A DNA stretch of 64,000 nucleotides from contig JBFMGU010000001.1 of the NCBI GenBank assembly GCA_040752415.1, forward strand, positions 44,757 to 108,756. The letters are read 5' to 3'. The notes below the pieces were generated by a model. The model searched no databases and was not told the origin of the DNA. It saw only the letters and a list, made by a program, of their open reading frames with translations. The translations under genes and the position numbers were made by a program. This document shows positions 10,874 to 20,782 of this stretch, piece by piece (the first letter of the stretch is position 1; every line of letters starts with the position of its first letter). Source of the DNA: Myxococcota bacterium. GTDB lineage: Bacteria; Myxococcota; JACRCW01.

Positions 10874-12121
10874 ATGAAAGAACCGGTGCTTCTCGCCTGG
10901 CCCATTGCGGGACGCTTTGGCGGCACAGAGACGATGATCGCGCGGCTGGCGCGAGGATTCCGTGACGCCGGACATCCCGTCTGGGTGTTATGCCGGGACA
11001 CGCCCATGGTCCCGCGTTACCGCGAAGCTGGCGCCACCGTCATGACGCTGGATGCGCTGGAATGGGAGCCGTCGCTGCAGCGCTCGGAAGAGTTCCTGCA
11101 GACCACCGCGCGCATCATTGCGGCGCTTCCTTCCGGCTGCAGGCCACGAATCATCACCTTTGATGCCAAGGGGCTGATGATCGGCGGGATGGTCGCCATG
11201 GCCACGCAGGGGCGGTTGTTCGCCTACGTGGTGCACCCACTGATCCTGGCGTCCGTGCGGGCCGAGGTGCTCCAGAAGCTGGTCTCGCTGGGCCGATTGT
11301 TTTCCATCAATGAGGGGTGCCTGGACCCCATGATGCCTGCCTTAGGCGAGCTTCGCGCCGCGGTTCCCCTCTTGCCGGTGGCCATTCCAGAGAGTGAGCC
11401 GTTGCAGGCGCAGCCGAGAGAGCAAGGGCAGTTGCGAATCCTCAGCGTTGCACGCCTGGAACCGGACAAGCGCTACCTCTTTGGCCTGGTTCGCGCCATG
11501 GCGGCGATACGCTCGCACTTCCCGCGCGCCACGCTCACGATTGTGGGGGATGGCAGCCTCCGCAAAGCGTTGCAGGAGGAAGTTCAGCGCGTGTCGTCGT
11601 CAACGGTTTCGCGGATGGTCGGCGCAGTCCCTCCGGAGCAGCTCGCTGACTTCTATCGCGATTGTGATGTGTACGTGGGCATGGGAACCACGGCGCTGTT
11701 GGCTGCCATGTACGGCCGTCCCACCCTCGTGGTGCGGATTGACGACGAAGAGCAGCACTGTCTCGGGCTCCTTCAGCACCAGCGCGGATTCAATTTCGGG
11801 GAATCCGACCCTGCCACCAACGTCGTTCCCCTCGTCGATGCCGTGGTGGAGACGTGCGCACGGGAGGAACGTCGTCAGGAGCTGGCGCGGGAGGCCCATG
11901 CCTATGTCATGGCGCACCACACGGAGCGTGGCGTGATGCCGCGGGTTTTGTCACACGTGGAGCAGGCGAAGGACGGCCCGGTTCTCGTCACGCACGACGA
12001 CTCGATTTCTCCCGCTGGCGAAACCCGATGGCTCGCGAGACGCACGAAGCAGCGTGAACCGCGGGTTGAGCGTTGGATTGCGGCTGCGCGTCGCGCTGCG
12101 GACGTGCTGCGAGCCCGGTGA
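10874..12121 (+). CDS. Glycosyltransferase family 4
   Basis: FGGTE, ILSVARLEPDK, LTIVGDG and YRDCDVYVG motifs. Confidence 0.85.
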   Translation: MKEPVLLAWPIAGRFGGTETMIARLARGFRDAGHPVWVLCRDTPMVPRYREAGATVMTLDALEWEPSLQRSEEFLQTTARIIAALPSGCRPRIITFDAKGLMIGGMVAMATQGRLFAYVVHPLILASVRAEVLQKLVSLGRLFSINEGCLDPMMPALGELRAAVPLLPVAIPESEPLQAQPREQGQLRILSVARLEPDKRYLFGLVRAMAAIRSHFPRATLTIVGDGSLRKALQEEVQRVSSSTVSRMVGAVPPEQLADFYRDCDVYVGMGTTALLAAMYGRPTLVVRIDDEEQHCLGLLQHQRGFNFGESDPATNVVPLVDAVVETCAREERRQELAREAHAYVMAHHTERGVMPRVLSHVEQAKDGPVLVTHDDSISPAGETRWLARRTKQREPRVERWIAAARRAADVLRAR

Positions 12122-12133
12122 GGTGTTCCGCGA

Positions 12134-13312
12134 CTACGGCGAGGAGGGTCGGGCAGGCTCCTTGGACAGAATCTGCTTCGCCAGGGCCTCCGCTTGAAGC
12201 TCGTAACCTCGTCCGTTGCAGTGGGGATCACGGGGGAGCAGGTGGAACGGGCCGCGTGCTTGTTGGGCCCGGAACGAGTCGATGAGCGGCACGAACCCGA
12301 TGCCGGTCTCGTCGGCGGCGCTCTTCACTCGTTTCTCAATGGCGTAGCGGTCGTACTTCTCCGGAGGAATGCCTTTGGAGTGCAGCGTTTCCTGCACCAC
12401 GGGCTCCCACACCTCCGAAATCGCGGGATGCAGGTACATCACAAACTGCGCGCCGTTCGTCGTCGCGGTTCCCTTCATCCGCGTCAGCAATCGCTTGAAC
12501 AGCGCCCAATCCCGTCGCTCAAGCTCCTGCGGGTTGTAATAGGCCTCGTCTCCCAGCCCCATGAGGTTTCGTCCGCTCCAGGTGCCCATGGACGTTCTCA
12601 GGACCAGCAGGCTGGGTTGGAGCACACGGTAGAAAGCCGACAATTGCAGCCAGCGGCCGGGGCCTTCCCCCATCTTGGCGACGTCGGCGCCGGCAGGCGG
12701 CGGATGCTCCTCAAGGCTGCCGTCTGGTTTCAACGTGAACCGCACCTTCCCCAGCCCGGCAAAGTCGGACACCACGTTCCCGCCAAAGTCGTTGTCGCAG
12801 ACGCCGTGCAGGATGATGTCCGGTTTGTACAGGGGCACCAGCTGCTCCATGCGCACCAGGGCCTGGTCCGTGGCGTATCCCTGGACACCCGCGTTCACGA
12901 CGTCCACGTTGAGGCCTGCGCCGCGCAGGATCCGCTCCAGGTGGGCGTGCACGGTCTGATCTTGCGGAACCGAACGCCCCACCACCGCGGAGTCGCCAAA
13001 CAACATGACGCGCAGTGCACCCGCGGGCTTCTCGCGGGTGGCGGTGGGCGGGGTCAGGCCGTCGGCGTTGGTCTGGAAGTGGACTTCCCACCCGTGCTCG
13101 GTGGCGGTGGTGACGTCGATGTTGGGCTTCTGGACCCAGCCGGCGCGGGCGTCGCGGACCCAGTCGTCGGCCGCGTCGCGGAACCGCCAGCGGGACTCCG
13201 GCACCACGAGCCGCGTGCCGACCTCCGCCACGACCAGGAAGCCGGCCAGGCCAATGCCAACGGAAAGCGCCGCGAATATGAACTGTTTGCCGACGTCCTT
13301 GCTCACGTGCAC
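12134..13312 (-). CDS. SGNH/GDSL hydrolase family protein (AlgX/AlgJ-like, N-terminal membrane anchor)
   Basis: FGDS block I, NAGVQGY block II, DNDF block III, DPH block V; N-terminal TM helix. Start approximate. Confidence 0.85.
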   Translation of the reverse strand: MHVSKDVGKQFIFAALSVGIGLAGFLVVAEVGTRLVVPESRWRFRDAADDWVRDARAGWVQKPNIDVTTATEHGWEVHFQTNADGLTPPTATREKPAGALRVMLFGDSAVVGRSVPQDQTVHAHLERILRGAGLNVDVVNAGVQGYATDQALVRMEQLVPLYKPDIILHGVCDNDFGGNVVSDFAGLGKVRFTLKPDGSLEEHPPPAGADVAKMGEGPGRWLQLSAFYRVLQPSLLVLRTSMGTWSGRNLMGLGDEAYYNPQELERRDWALFKRLLTRMKGTATTNGAQFVMYLHPAISEVWEPVVQETLHSKGIPPEKYDRYAIEKRVKSAADETGIGFVPLIDSFRAQQARGPFHLLPRDPHCNGRGYELQAEALAKQILSKEPARPSSP

Positions 13313-13350
13313 CGGTTCAACACGTCCGGTGAGGGATCGTCAAGCTCGTC

Positions 13351-14496
13351 ATGCGCATCCTGACCGTCAGCAATTGTCCGCTGGTTGCAACCCAGGGCTC
13401 GGGCTCGGTCATCCTGGGCTTCGCGGAACGACTGCGTGAGCGCGGCCACACCGTCGAACTGTACGGTCCTCCCGACTACGAGGTCCTGGGCCGCCTGACG
13501 CGGGCCAAGAGCTACCGCCAGGCCGCGGGCATGCTGGCGCTGGTGACGCGACGCTTGGCGCGGAGCCGTTATGATGTCGTGGAGTTCTATGGCGCGGAGT
13601 CCTGGCTTGCGCTGAGCGCGTTGCGGCGCCTGCCGCGTCGGGACTTCCTGTTGGTGAGTCATTCCAACGGGCTCGAGTCTCACTACATCGGCGCGTTGTT
13701 GCGTGCGCTGGGGACCTGGTCACCCAATGGATCGCCGACGCGCTGGTACCAACGTGATCCGCGTCCGCTCTTCGACCTGGGCTTCCGCTCCGCCGACGGG
13801 ATTGTGACCGTGAGCGAGTTCGATCGGGACTTCGCGTTGACGCACGGCTACCAGCCGTCGTCGCGCGTGGTGGCCGTGCCGAACGCCGTGGACCCCGTCT
13901 TTCTGGACGCCACCCCACGCGGGAACAGCTCCAACACCGTCGGGTTTTGCGGCTCCTGGATCTCCATCAAGGGCATCGACGTCATGACCCGCGACGTCAC
14001 GGAGTTCTTGCGGGTCCGTCCGGACTGGCGCTTCTCCGTCGTGGGAGTCGGGGATGGTTTTCGTGCTGAAGACGTGTTTCCCGCGGACGTGCGAGCGCGG
14101 GTTGACGTCGTCCCCTACCTGAGGGAGCGGCGTCAGCTTCGCGACTGGTACGGCAGTGTGTCCATCCTGGTGGCACCGTCGATCTACGAGAGCTTCAGTC
14201 TCGCCGTCGCGGAAGGCATGTGTTGCGGCTGCGCTGTCGTCGCCACGCGCATTGGGGTGGCGGCGTCGCTCGTGGACGGGGAGCAGGTGGTGCACCTCCC
14301 CGCGTCGGAGAGTCCGCATCTCTATGAGGCACTCATCCGCCTGGCGGACGACGAGGCATTGCGCAACAAGCTGGCCCGCGCCGGACGCGAGTACGCGCGA
14401 CGCTTGACGTGGGACGCGGCGGTGCAGCGGCTGGAGAGCACGTACGTTCACTGGTTGGACGAGCTGCGGGCGGGACACGCTCGCGGAGCGGCCTAG
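13351..14496 (+). CDS. Glycosyltransferase family 4
   Basis: MRIL start, TVSEF, VPNAVD, KGID, PSIYESFSLAVAEGMCCG (ExF-x7-E). Confidence 0.92.
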   Translation: MRILTVSNCPLVATQGSGSVILGFAERLRERGHTVELYGPPDYEVLGRLTRAKSYRQAAGMLALVTRRLARSRYDVVEFYGAESWLALSALRRLPRRDFLLVSHSNGLESHYIGALLRALGTWSPNGSPTRWYQRDPRPLFDLGFRSADGIVTVSEFDRDFALTHGYQPSSRVVAVPNAVDPVFLDATPRGNSSNTVGFCGSWISIKGIDVMTRDVTEFLRVRPDWRFSVVGVGDGFRAEDVFPADVRARVDVVPYLRERRQLRDWYGSVSILVAPSIYESFSLAVAEGMCCGCAVVATRIGVAASLVDGEQVVHLPASESPHLYEALIRLADDEALRNKLARAGREYARRLTWDAAVQRLESTYVHWLDELRAGHARGAA

Positions 14497-16301
14497 AACC
14501 GGTAGCTCCACTCCAGGTACCCCCGACTCATCGGCGTCAAATACCACCCCTTGCTCCCCGGCCATCCCGCAAACAGCTCCAGCCCCGTCGCCAGCTCGGC
14601 GTTCACGGCCAGCTGGTACGTGACCCGCGCGCTCATCCCCGCGTCGCGCTGCCACGGCGCCAGCAGCGTGGCAAAGCGCCAGCCGAACGTGTCGAAGAAG
14701 CTTCCGCGCAACCGCGCCTGCAACGTGGGCCGGTGCACGGTGTGCTCTCCGGCGCGGGCCTGGTCGGTGGGCTCCAATCGGGCAATGCGCGCTCCGTCGG
14801 GAACACCGTTGATCAGGTCGTAGCCCGCCTCGAGGGCTCCCTGGACCAGCTCGGTGTAACCGCTCTCCACGCCCACAACGACACCCGCGGTCCACACGTC
14901 GGCGCTGCGCAGCGTTCCATCCCGCGCCACCACGTGCACCGTCCGTCCAATCTGCGGGCCCACCAACGGCGAGAGATGCGCCATTCCGCGCACCACCGCC
15001 GGGCCCACCGTGCCACTGACTTCCGCCTGCGCCACCATCGCGCGCCGGAAGCGGTAGGCCACACTTCCCTCCAGCGCTGAGCAACGCTCGTCGCCACACG
15101 CGTCGGCCAGTGGCGCGTTGACGACGTGTTGCGCCTGCCGGTCGCTCGCCGCGCCCAGTGCGCGCGCGGTGTCGTCGGACATCTGTAGCTCTGGCACCGG
15201 GTCATGCCCGAACACAGCCGCCAGCGAGACGTCCGCCCGCTCCAACGCCAGGAACGCCCGCGCTCCGACGGTGGGACTGAAATCCCCGAGCACCGGCCGG
15301 TCATGCAGCGGGACACCGCGTTGCAGCGCGTCCGCGGCGTGCGCATCCATTCCCGCGCGTGAAACCAGCAGCGAGCCCACGGGCTCCGCCAGGTCCCACG
15401 CCTCCGCGTCCTCGGCGAACAGCGGCGCGCGCGGCGGCACGAACAACGGAATGACGACGAGCTCCACCCCCACCGGCCCCAGCGCGCCGTAGAAACTCGT
15501 CGAGAGAACGGGTGTGCGAGCCTGGAGCTCGTCGGGAAACGCGAGTCCGTCACGGGGATCCGGCGGATTCAACATGCTGCTCACCGGACTGGAGAGCGCC
15601 GCGCTCCACGAGAAGAGCTGTCGTCCCACGCGCAGGCGCGCCTTCTTCACCTTCAGCGTGGCATGCACCTCTCCCAGCTCCACGACGCCGGAGACGCGGT
15701 TGTCAAAGCTCCACGGGCTCTTGCGCCGCCACAGTGGCGTCGTGAAGTCCGGCGTGAGACGACGTGGAACCTGGATCCCCGCCGCGGCGCGCGCGCGCGT
15801 GTAGACCTCTCCGTAGAGATGGAAGGGCAGGTCGGGGCGGACCTGGATGGTGACCGCCGCCTCGGAGAGCGTGCGCAGCAGATCATTCTCCACCCGGCCG
15901 CCCGGCCGCGCCGACGCACGCGAGCCGAACCGCCCCGTCAGCGCGAAGTGGGACGCCTTCAGTCCGAGGAGAGATCGCTCGCCCAGCGTCTGTCCCGCCG
16001 TGGGATCCGCGGGGCCGCCGGAGAGCGTGAACACCGTCGGTGAGGGGGGGCGCGGCGGGGTGGGCGGGAGCGGTGGCGTCCTGCCCTCGAGGACGGATGG
16101 CGTCGGAGGGAGCGGAGGCAGCGGCGGCATGGGCGGCCCGGTGGGCTCGGGCGGCGGCTCGTCCTCCTCGATGATGATGATCTCCTCCTCTTCCTCCTCG
16201 GGCTTGGCCTGCGCGCGGGCGTCCGTCGTCAACGCCAGCATCGTCGTCGACGCCGCGAGGCAGCAGAGCAACCGCAACACATCCTGGATGGAAACCCGCA
16301 C
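14493..16301 (-). CDS. Putative outer-membrane beta-barrel protein
   Basis: Signal peptide, acidic/Pro-rich linker, LRVGRQLFSW-type strand, C-terminal YLEWSYRF (terminal Phe BAM signal). Confidence 0.6.
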   Translation of the reverse strand: MRVSIQDVLRLLCCLAASTTMLALTTDARAQAKPEEEEEEIIIIEEDEPPPEPTGPPMPPLPPLPPTPSVLEGRTPPLPPTPPRPPSPTVFTLSGGPADPTAGQTLGERSLLGLKASHFALTGRFGSRASARPGGRVENDLLRTLSEAAVTIQVRPDLPFHLYGEVYTRARAAAGIQVPRRLTPDFTTPLWRRKSPWSFDNRVSGVVELGEVHATLKVKKARLRVGRQLFSWSAALSSPVSSMLNPPDPRDGLAFPDELQARTPVLSTSFYGALGPVGVELVVIPLFVPPRAPLFAEDAEAWDLAEPVGSLLVSRAGMDAHAADALQRGVPLHDRPVLGDFSPTVGARAFLALERADVSLAAVFGHDPVPELQMSDDTARALGAASDRQAQHVVNAPLADACGDERCSALEGSVAYRFRRAMVAQAEVSGTVGPAVVRGMAHLSPLVGPQIGRTVHVVARDGTLRSADVWTAGVVVGVESGYTELVQGALEAGYDLINGVPDGARIARLEPTDQARAGEHTVHRPTLQARLRGSFFDTFGWRFATLLAPWQRDAGMSARVTYQLAVNAELATGLELFAGWPGSKGWYLTPMSRGYLEWSYRF

Positions 16302-16316
16302 GCAGCGGGCATGCTC

Positions 16317-17117
16317 TCAGGCCGCCCCCAGCCCCAGCAACTGCGGAACGGTCACCATGCCCGGACCTCGTCCCGCCAGGCGCGCGGCGAGGATGAGCGC
16401 CCCCCGCGCAAACGTGTCACGACTGTGCGCCCGGTGGGTCAGCTCCAGCCGTTCTCCGTCGCCATAGAGCGCCACGGTGTGATCCCCCACGACGTCACCG
16501 CCGCGCAGCGACGCCATCCCGATGCTCCCCGTCTCCCGCGCGCCGTGCACGCTGGCACGGGAGGGCACCATGACGTCCTTGAGCTGCACCCCACGACCCT
16601 CGGCCGCGGCCCCCGCGAGCAACAACGCCGTCCCGCTGGGCGCGTCCTTCTTGTGCCGATGGTGCGTCTCCACCACTTCCACGTCGTACTCGCGCAATGT
16701 TGCCGCCGCTTGACGCACCAGGTGCGCGAGCACCCAGACCCCTGCGCTGAGGTTCGGCGCCACGCACACCGCCACGCGCTGGGACGCTTCCTGCAGCGCG
16801 GAGCGCGCGGTGTCGTCGAGACCGGTGGCCGCCATGAGCAACGGCTTCCCCTGGCGCGCCGCCTCCTTCGCGTGCGCAGTCGCGGCGGCACCCAGGCTCA
16901 CATCCAGGATCACGTCGCAGCCCGACCAATCCACGCCGTCACCGGAGTAGCCCAGGCCCGCGGGTCCGCCGGGAACGGCCTGGCCCACCAGTGCGCTGCC
17001 CGGTCGCACCGTCGCCAACGTCACGCGGCCTGATGTCCACCCGGTTGACAATTGCACCACGCGCGAGCCCAGCCGACCCGCGGCGCCGAGGACGCCCAGT
17101 CGGACCTCAGAGGCCAT
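16317..17117 (-). CDS. dapB: 4-hydroxy-tetrahydrodipicolinate reductase
   Basis: GAAGRLG, APNLSAG, ETHHRHKKDAPSGTA, SLRGGDVVGDH. Start MASEV at 17117 overlaps the end of dapA. Confidence 0.96.
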   Translation of the reverse strand: MASEVRLGVLGAAGRLGSRVVQLSTGWTSGRVTLATVRPGSALVGQAVPGGPAGLGYSGDGVDWSGCDVILDVSLGAAATAHAKEAARQGKPLLMAATGLDDTARSALQEASQRVAVCVAPNLSAGVWVLAHLVRQAAATLREYDVEVVETHHRHKKDAPSGTALLLAGAAAEGRGVQLKDVMVPSRASVHGARETGSIGMASLRGGDVVGDHTVALYGDGERLELTHRAHSRDTFARGALILAARLAGRGPGMVTVPQLLGLGAA

Positions 17118-18000
17118 GCTTGATGTCCACGCCCAGCTTCTTGAGCTCGGTGAGCAGCGCCTGGCGCTTGTCCGCGGCCATGGGCACCAGGGGAAGACGC
17201 CACTCCTCGCGAATGAGTCCCATGGCGGCGAGCGCGGTCTTGACGGGGATGGGGCTCGTGTCGCTGAAGAGCAGGCGCGCGAAGGGCAGGGTGCGCGGAG
17301 CAATGGCGCTGGCCTCCGCCACGTTTCCGCTGTTCCACGCGTCGCACATCTTCGCCATGTCGCGCGCGATGAGGTGCGTGGTCACGCTGATGACACCCTT
17401 GCCGCCCACGGCCAGCGTCGGGAGGACCAGGCCGTCCTCGCCGGAGAGCACGCTGAAGGTCTTGGGGAGCGCAACACACATCTCGTGCATGCGCTGCAGG
17501 TTGGCGCTGGCGTCCTTGAGCCCCACGATGTTCGGCGTCTGGGCGAGCTTCAGGACCACGTCGGCGGACATGTCCACGCCGGTGCGACCGGGGACGTTGT
17601 ACAGGATGACGGGGAGCCTGGTGGCCTGCGCCACGGCCTGGAAGTGCGCGGTGAGACCGGCGGAATTCGGCTTCACGTAGTACGGCGTGACGGCGAGCAG
17701 CCCGTCGACACCGGCCTCCGCGCACAGCCTGGCCAGCTCCACGCTCTTGTGGGTGGCGGGGCTGCCCACGCCGGCAATCACCGGCACATTGCCCTTGGCG
17801 GTCTTCACCACGTGTTTCACCACCGCCACGTGCTCCTCGACGCTGAGCGCGGCGGCCTCGCCGGTGGTCCCGCAGGGAACCAGGCCGTGGATTCCGTCGG
17901 CAATCTGCTGGCGCACCACGCGCTCCAGCGCTTCAAAGTCGACCGCGCCGTCCTTGAACGGCGTGACCATGGCGGTGAGGGCACCTTCAAACTGACGCAT
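17107..18000 (-). CDS. dapA: 4-hydroxy-tetrahydrodipicolinate synthase
   Basis: TAMVTPF, GTTGE, PYYVKP, YNVPGRTG, VGLKDAS, SGED motifs. Confidence 0.97.
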   Translation of the reverse strand: MRQFEGALTAMVTPFKDGAVDFEALERVVRQQIADGIHGLVPCGTTGEAAALSVEEHVAVVKHVVKTAKGNVPVIAGVGSPATHKSVELARLCAEAGVDGLLAVTPYYVKPNSAGLTAHFQAVAQATRLPVILYNVPGRTGVDMSADVVLKLAQTPNIVGLKDASANLQRMHEMCVALPKTFSVLSGEDGLVLPTLAVGGKGVISVTTHLIARDMAKMCDAWNSGNVAEASAIAPRTLPFARLLFSDTSPIPVKTALAAMGLIREEWRLPLVPMAADKRQALLTELKKLGVDIKHGL

Positions 18001-18011
18001 GACTGCTCCCA

Positions 18012-19268
18012 TCAATCCGGCATGGCGCGCTCATGCGCCAGCAGGTCCTCGTACGTCTCGCGGCTGCGGATGCAGAACGCGCGACCACCGTCCACCATCA
18101 CCTCCGCGGGACGGGGGCGGCTGTTGTAGTTGGAAGCCATGGAAAATCCATAGGCCCCCGCGCTCATCACGCAGATGAGGTCTCCGGCGGCCAGCGGCGG
18201 CAGCGTGCGGTCGCGCGCAATGAAGTCTGCGGATTCACACACCGGCCCCACCACGTCGACGGTGGTCTGCGGCGCATCCGCGGATGCCTGGCGCACCGGC
18301 AGCACCTGGTGCCACGCGCTGTAGAGGGCAGGGCGCATGAGGTCGTTCATTCCGACGTCGGTGATGACAAAGGTCTTCACCCCGTTGTCCTTCACGTACA
18401 ACACCCGACCCAGCAGCACGCCCGCGTTTCCCACGATCACGCGGCCCGGCTCCAGGATCACCGAGAGGCCCGAGTCACCCACCGCCTCGGCGAGCACACG
18501 CGCGTATTCCGCGGGATTGGGCGGCGTCTCGTCGCGGTAGGTGATTCCCAGGCCGCCGCCAAAGCTGATCTCGCGGACGGGATGGCCGGCGCTGCGCAGC
18601 TCACGTGCAAACCCCACCACCTTGTGCGCCGCCTCGCGGATGGGCGGGAGTTGCGTGATCTGGCTGCCAATGTGGCAGGCCACGCCGTGGAGACGCAGCC
18701 CCTTGCGACGACGGATGTCCTCCACCAGCGACACCGCCTGCGCCATGGGAATCCCGAACTTGTTGGTCCGCATTCCCGTCGAGATGTACGGGTGCGTGGC
18801 CGCGTCGACGTCGGGGTTGACGCGCAGGGAGACGGACGCCACACGACCCAGCTGCTGCGCCACGGAATCCAGGAGCTCCATCTCCGGCGCGCTCTCGAGG
18901 TGGAACGCACGGATGCCGGCCTGCAGCGCCTGCCGCATCTCGTCTGCGGTCTTCCCCACGCCGCTGAACACGATGCGCTCTCCGGGGATGCCGGCCTTCA
19001 GCGCGCGGTACAGCTCACCGCCACTGACGACGTCAGCGCCCGCGCCCATGCGTCCCAGCGTCTCCAGCACGCCCAGCGAGGGGTTGGCCTTGACCGCAAA
19101 GCAGACCACGCGCGGGTGACTCCCCAGCGCCTCATCCATCACGCGGAAGTGACGACGGAGCGTGGCCCGTGCGTAGACGTACGTGGGGGTTCCGTGGGCG
19201 GCGGCAAGGTCCGTGAGCGGAACGTCTTCAGCGTGGAGGACGCCGTCGCGGTAGGCGAAGTGATGCAC
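18012..19268 (-). CDS. lysA: Diaminopimelate decarboxylase
   Basis: GTPTYVY, FAVKAN, THPYISTG..NKFG, HIGSQ, EPGR, GPVCESAD, GAYGFSMASNYN. GTG start at 19268 inferred. Confidence 0.97.
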   Translation of the reverse strand: MHHFAYRDGVLHAEDVPLTDLAAAHGTPTYVYARATLRRHFRVMDEALGSHPRVVCFAVKANPSLGVLETLGRMGAGADVVSGGELYRALKAGIPGERIVFSGVGKTADEMRQALQAGIRAFHLESAPEMELLDSVAQQLGRVASVSLRVNPDVDAATHPYISTGMRTNKFGIPMAQAVSLVEDIRRRKGLRLHGVACHIGSQITQLPPIREAAHKVVGFARELRSAGHPVREISFGGGLGITYRDETPPNPAEYARVLAEAVGDSGLSVILEPGRVIVGNAGVLLGRVLYVKDNGVKTFVITDVGMNDLMRPALYSAWHQVLPVRQASADAPQTTVDVVGPVCESADFIARDRTLPPLAAGDLICVMSAGAYGFSMASNYNSRPRPAEVMVDGGRAFCIRSRETYEDLLAHERAMPD

Positions 19269-19333
19269 GGGCGGCTCCTTAGCAGGGCGTGGACCGGGTT
19301 TCACAGGGGCGTGGGCGGGAGTACCGTGGCCCC

Positions 19334-20782
19334 ATGCGCATGCGTCTCGGGGTGGTGCTGCTGCTGATGGGGGCGGCGTGTCCGCAGCAGGAGAAGCCGG
19401 AGCCGTCGCCCCAGGTGGCCGTTGAGGTGGAGAAGAGCACGCTGACGGCGGACGGCGTGGACCAGACCACCGTCACCGCCACCTTCACCGAGAAGGTCTC
19501 GCGTGACGTCGTGGTGCGCTTCACCACCTCGGCGGGAATCCTCACGGCCTCCGCGGTGCCGCTGCGCGACGGCAAGGCCAGCACCATCCTCGTCGCAGAC
19601 CGCGAGCAGGACATGGGTGACGACGAGGAGAAGAACGTCACGCTGCGCGCCATCGTGGAGCTCAGCGACAACCAGGTGGTCACGAACACCACGCTGGTCA
19701 CCTTCCGCGTCCCGGCGTTCGGTCAGCCGCTGATCTTCCTGGAGGCGCGACCCCCCGCGGTGGAAGCGGACGGCGTCTCGACGGTGGAGATGGTCGCCAC
19801 CGCTCGACGCATGGCCGCCGGCACGCCCGTGACGTGGACCACCACCGCGGGAACGCTCGCGGGCGTGACCTCGCAGATCGCCGCCAACCCCGACGGAACA
19901 TTCACCACCAGCATGCAGCTCACCGCCGCGGCGGAGCCGGTCAACGCGCGCGTGACGGTGAAGGACCCCTCCAGTGGCGCGGAGGCGTTCGCGCTGGTCA
20001 GCTTTGTCCCCGCCGGCGCGCCGCAGTTTGACCTGACGGGGACGTTCGCGGAGCTGGCGCTGGTCCGTGTGAAGCTCTCCGCCAACACGCTGCGGCCCAA
20101 TCCCCAGTGCGTGCTGGCGCCGAGCATCCTGCGCGTGCAGTTCACCCAGAACGACCACGACGTCACCGCGCGCTTCAAGACGTGCATGGTGACGCTGCCG
20201 CCCGTGACGTCGATTGCCGGGACGGTGACCAACGAGACGCCGCCCGCGTTCCTCAACGCCATTCCCGAGGTGGAGGACCACATCACGCTGGAGGAGACGG
20301 TGTTGGGCGCGGAGCTGCACTTCCCTCCGTCGGTGGTGGTGGTGGGCGCGGAGCTTTCCGACCCGGCCAACGACCCGCTCCCCACCGACGAGGATGACTC
20401 CCGCGTGCGCGACTCCGACGGAGACGGGCAGCCTGGCGTCACGGTGATCAATTCGCTGGGCGGGGAGCAGCACATCGTCTACCGCAACAAGGGCGAGAGC
20501 CGCGGGACGATTGTGTCGTCGAACAAGGTGGAGGGCGGGGACCTGGGGGACCTCACGGCGCTCACCGAGACGGCGGTGTTTGGCATCGGCGGAAGCTTCC
20601 TCCCGGAGACCATTGGCCTTCCCTCCGTGTTCCAGATGGTGCGCATTGATGGCCTCAACGGCTCGCCCAACGTCGACAACGACGGTGACGGAGAGCTTTC
20701 CTGCCAGGAGGTGATGGACGCGCAGGCCCAGGTGTTCGACCTGCCCACGCCCAACACCCCCATCGACTGCGGGGGGATCTGA
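19334..20782 (+). CDS. Lipoprotein with tandem invasin/Big_1-like Ig domains
   Basis: Lipobox GAAC; two 'L.ADGV...TVTAT' Big_1-like units; C-terminal DSDGDGQPGVT and DNDGDG Ca-binding-like loops. Confidence 0.65.
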   Translation: MRMRLGVVLLLMGAACPQQEKPEPSPQVAVEVEKSTLTADGVDQTTVTATFTEKVSRDVVVRFTTSAGILTASAVPLRDGKASTILVADREQDMGDDEEKNVTLRAIVELSDNQVVTNTTLVTFRVPAFGQPLIFLEARPPAVEADGVSTVEMVATARRMAAGTPVTWTTTAGTLAGVTSQIAANPDGTFTTSMQLTAAAEPVNARVTVKDPSSGAEAFALVSFVPAGAPQFDLTGTFAELALVRVKLSANTLRPNPQCVLAPSILRVQFTQNDHDVTARFKTCMVTLPPVTSIAGTVTNETPPAFLNAIPEVEDHITLEETVLGAELHFPPSVVVVGAELSDPANDPLPTDEDDSRVRDSDGDGQPGVTVINSLGGEQHIVYRNKGESRGTIVSSNKVEGGDLGDLTALTETAVFGIGGSFLPETIGLPSVFQMVRIDGLNGSPNVDNDGDGELSCQEVMDAQAQVFDLPTPNTPIDCGGI

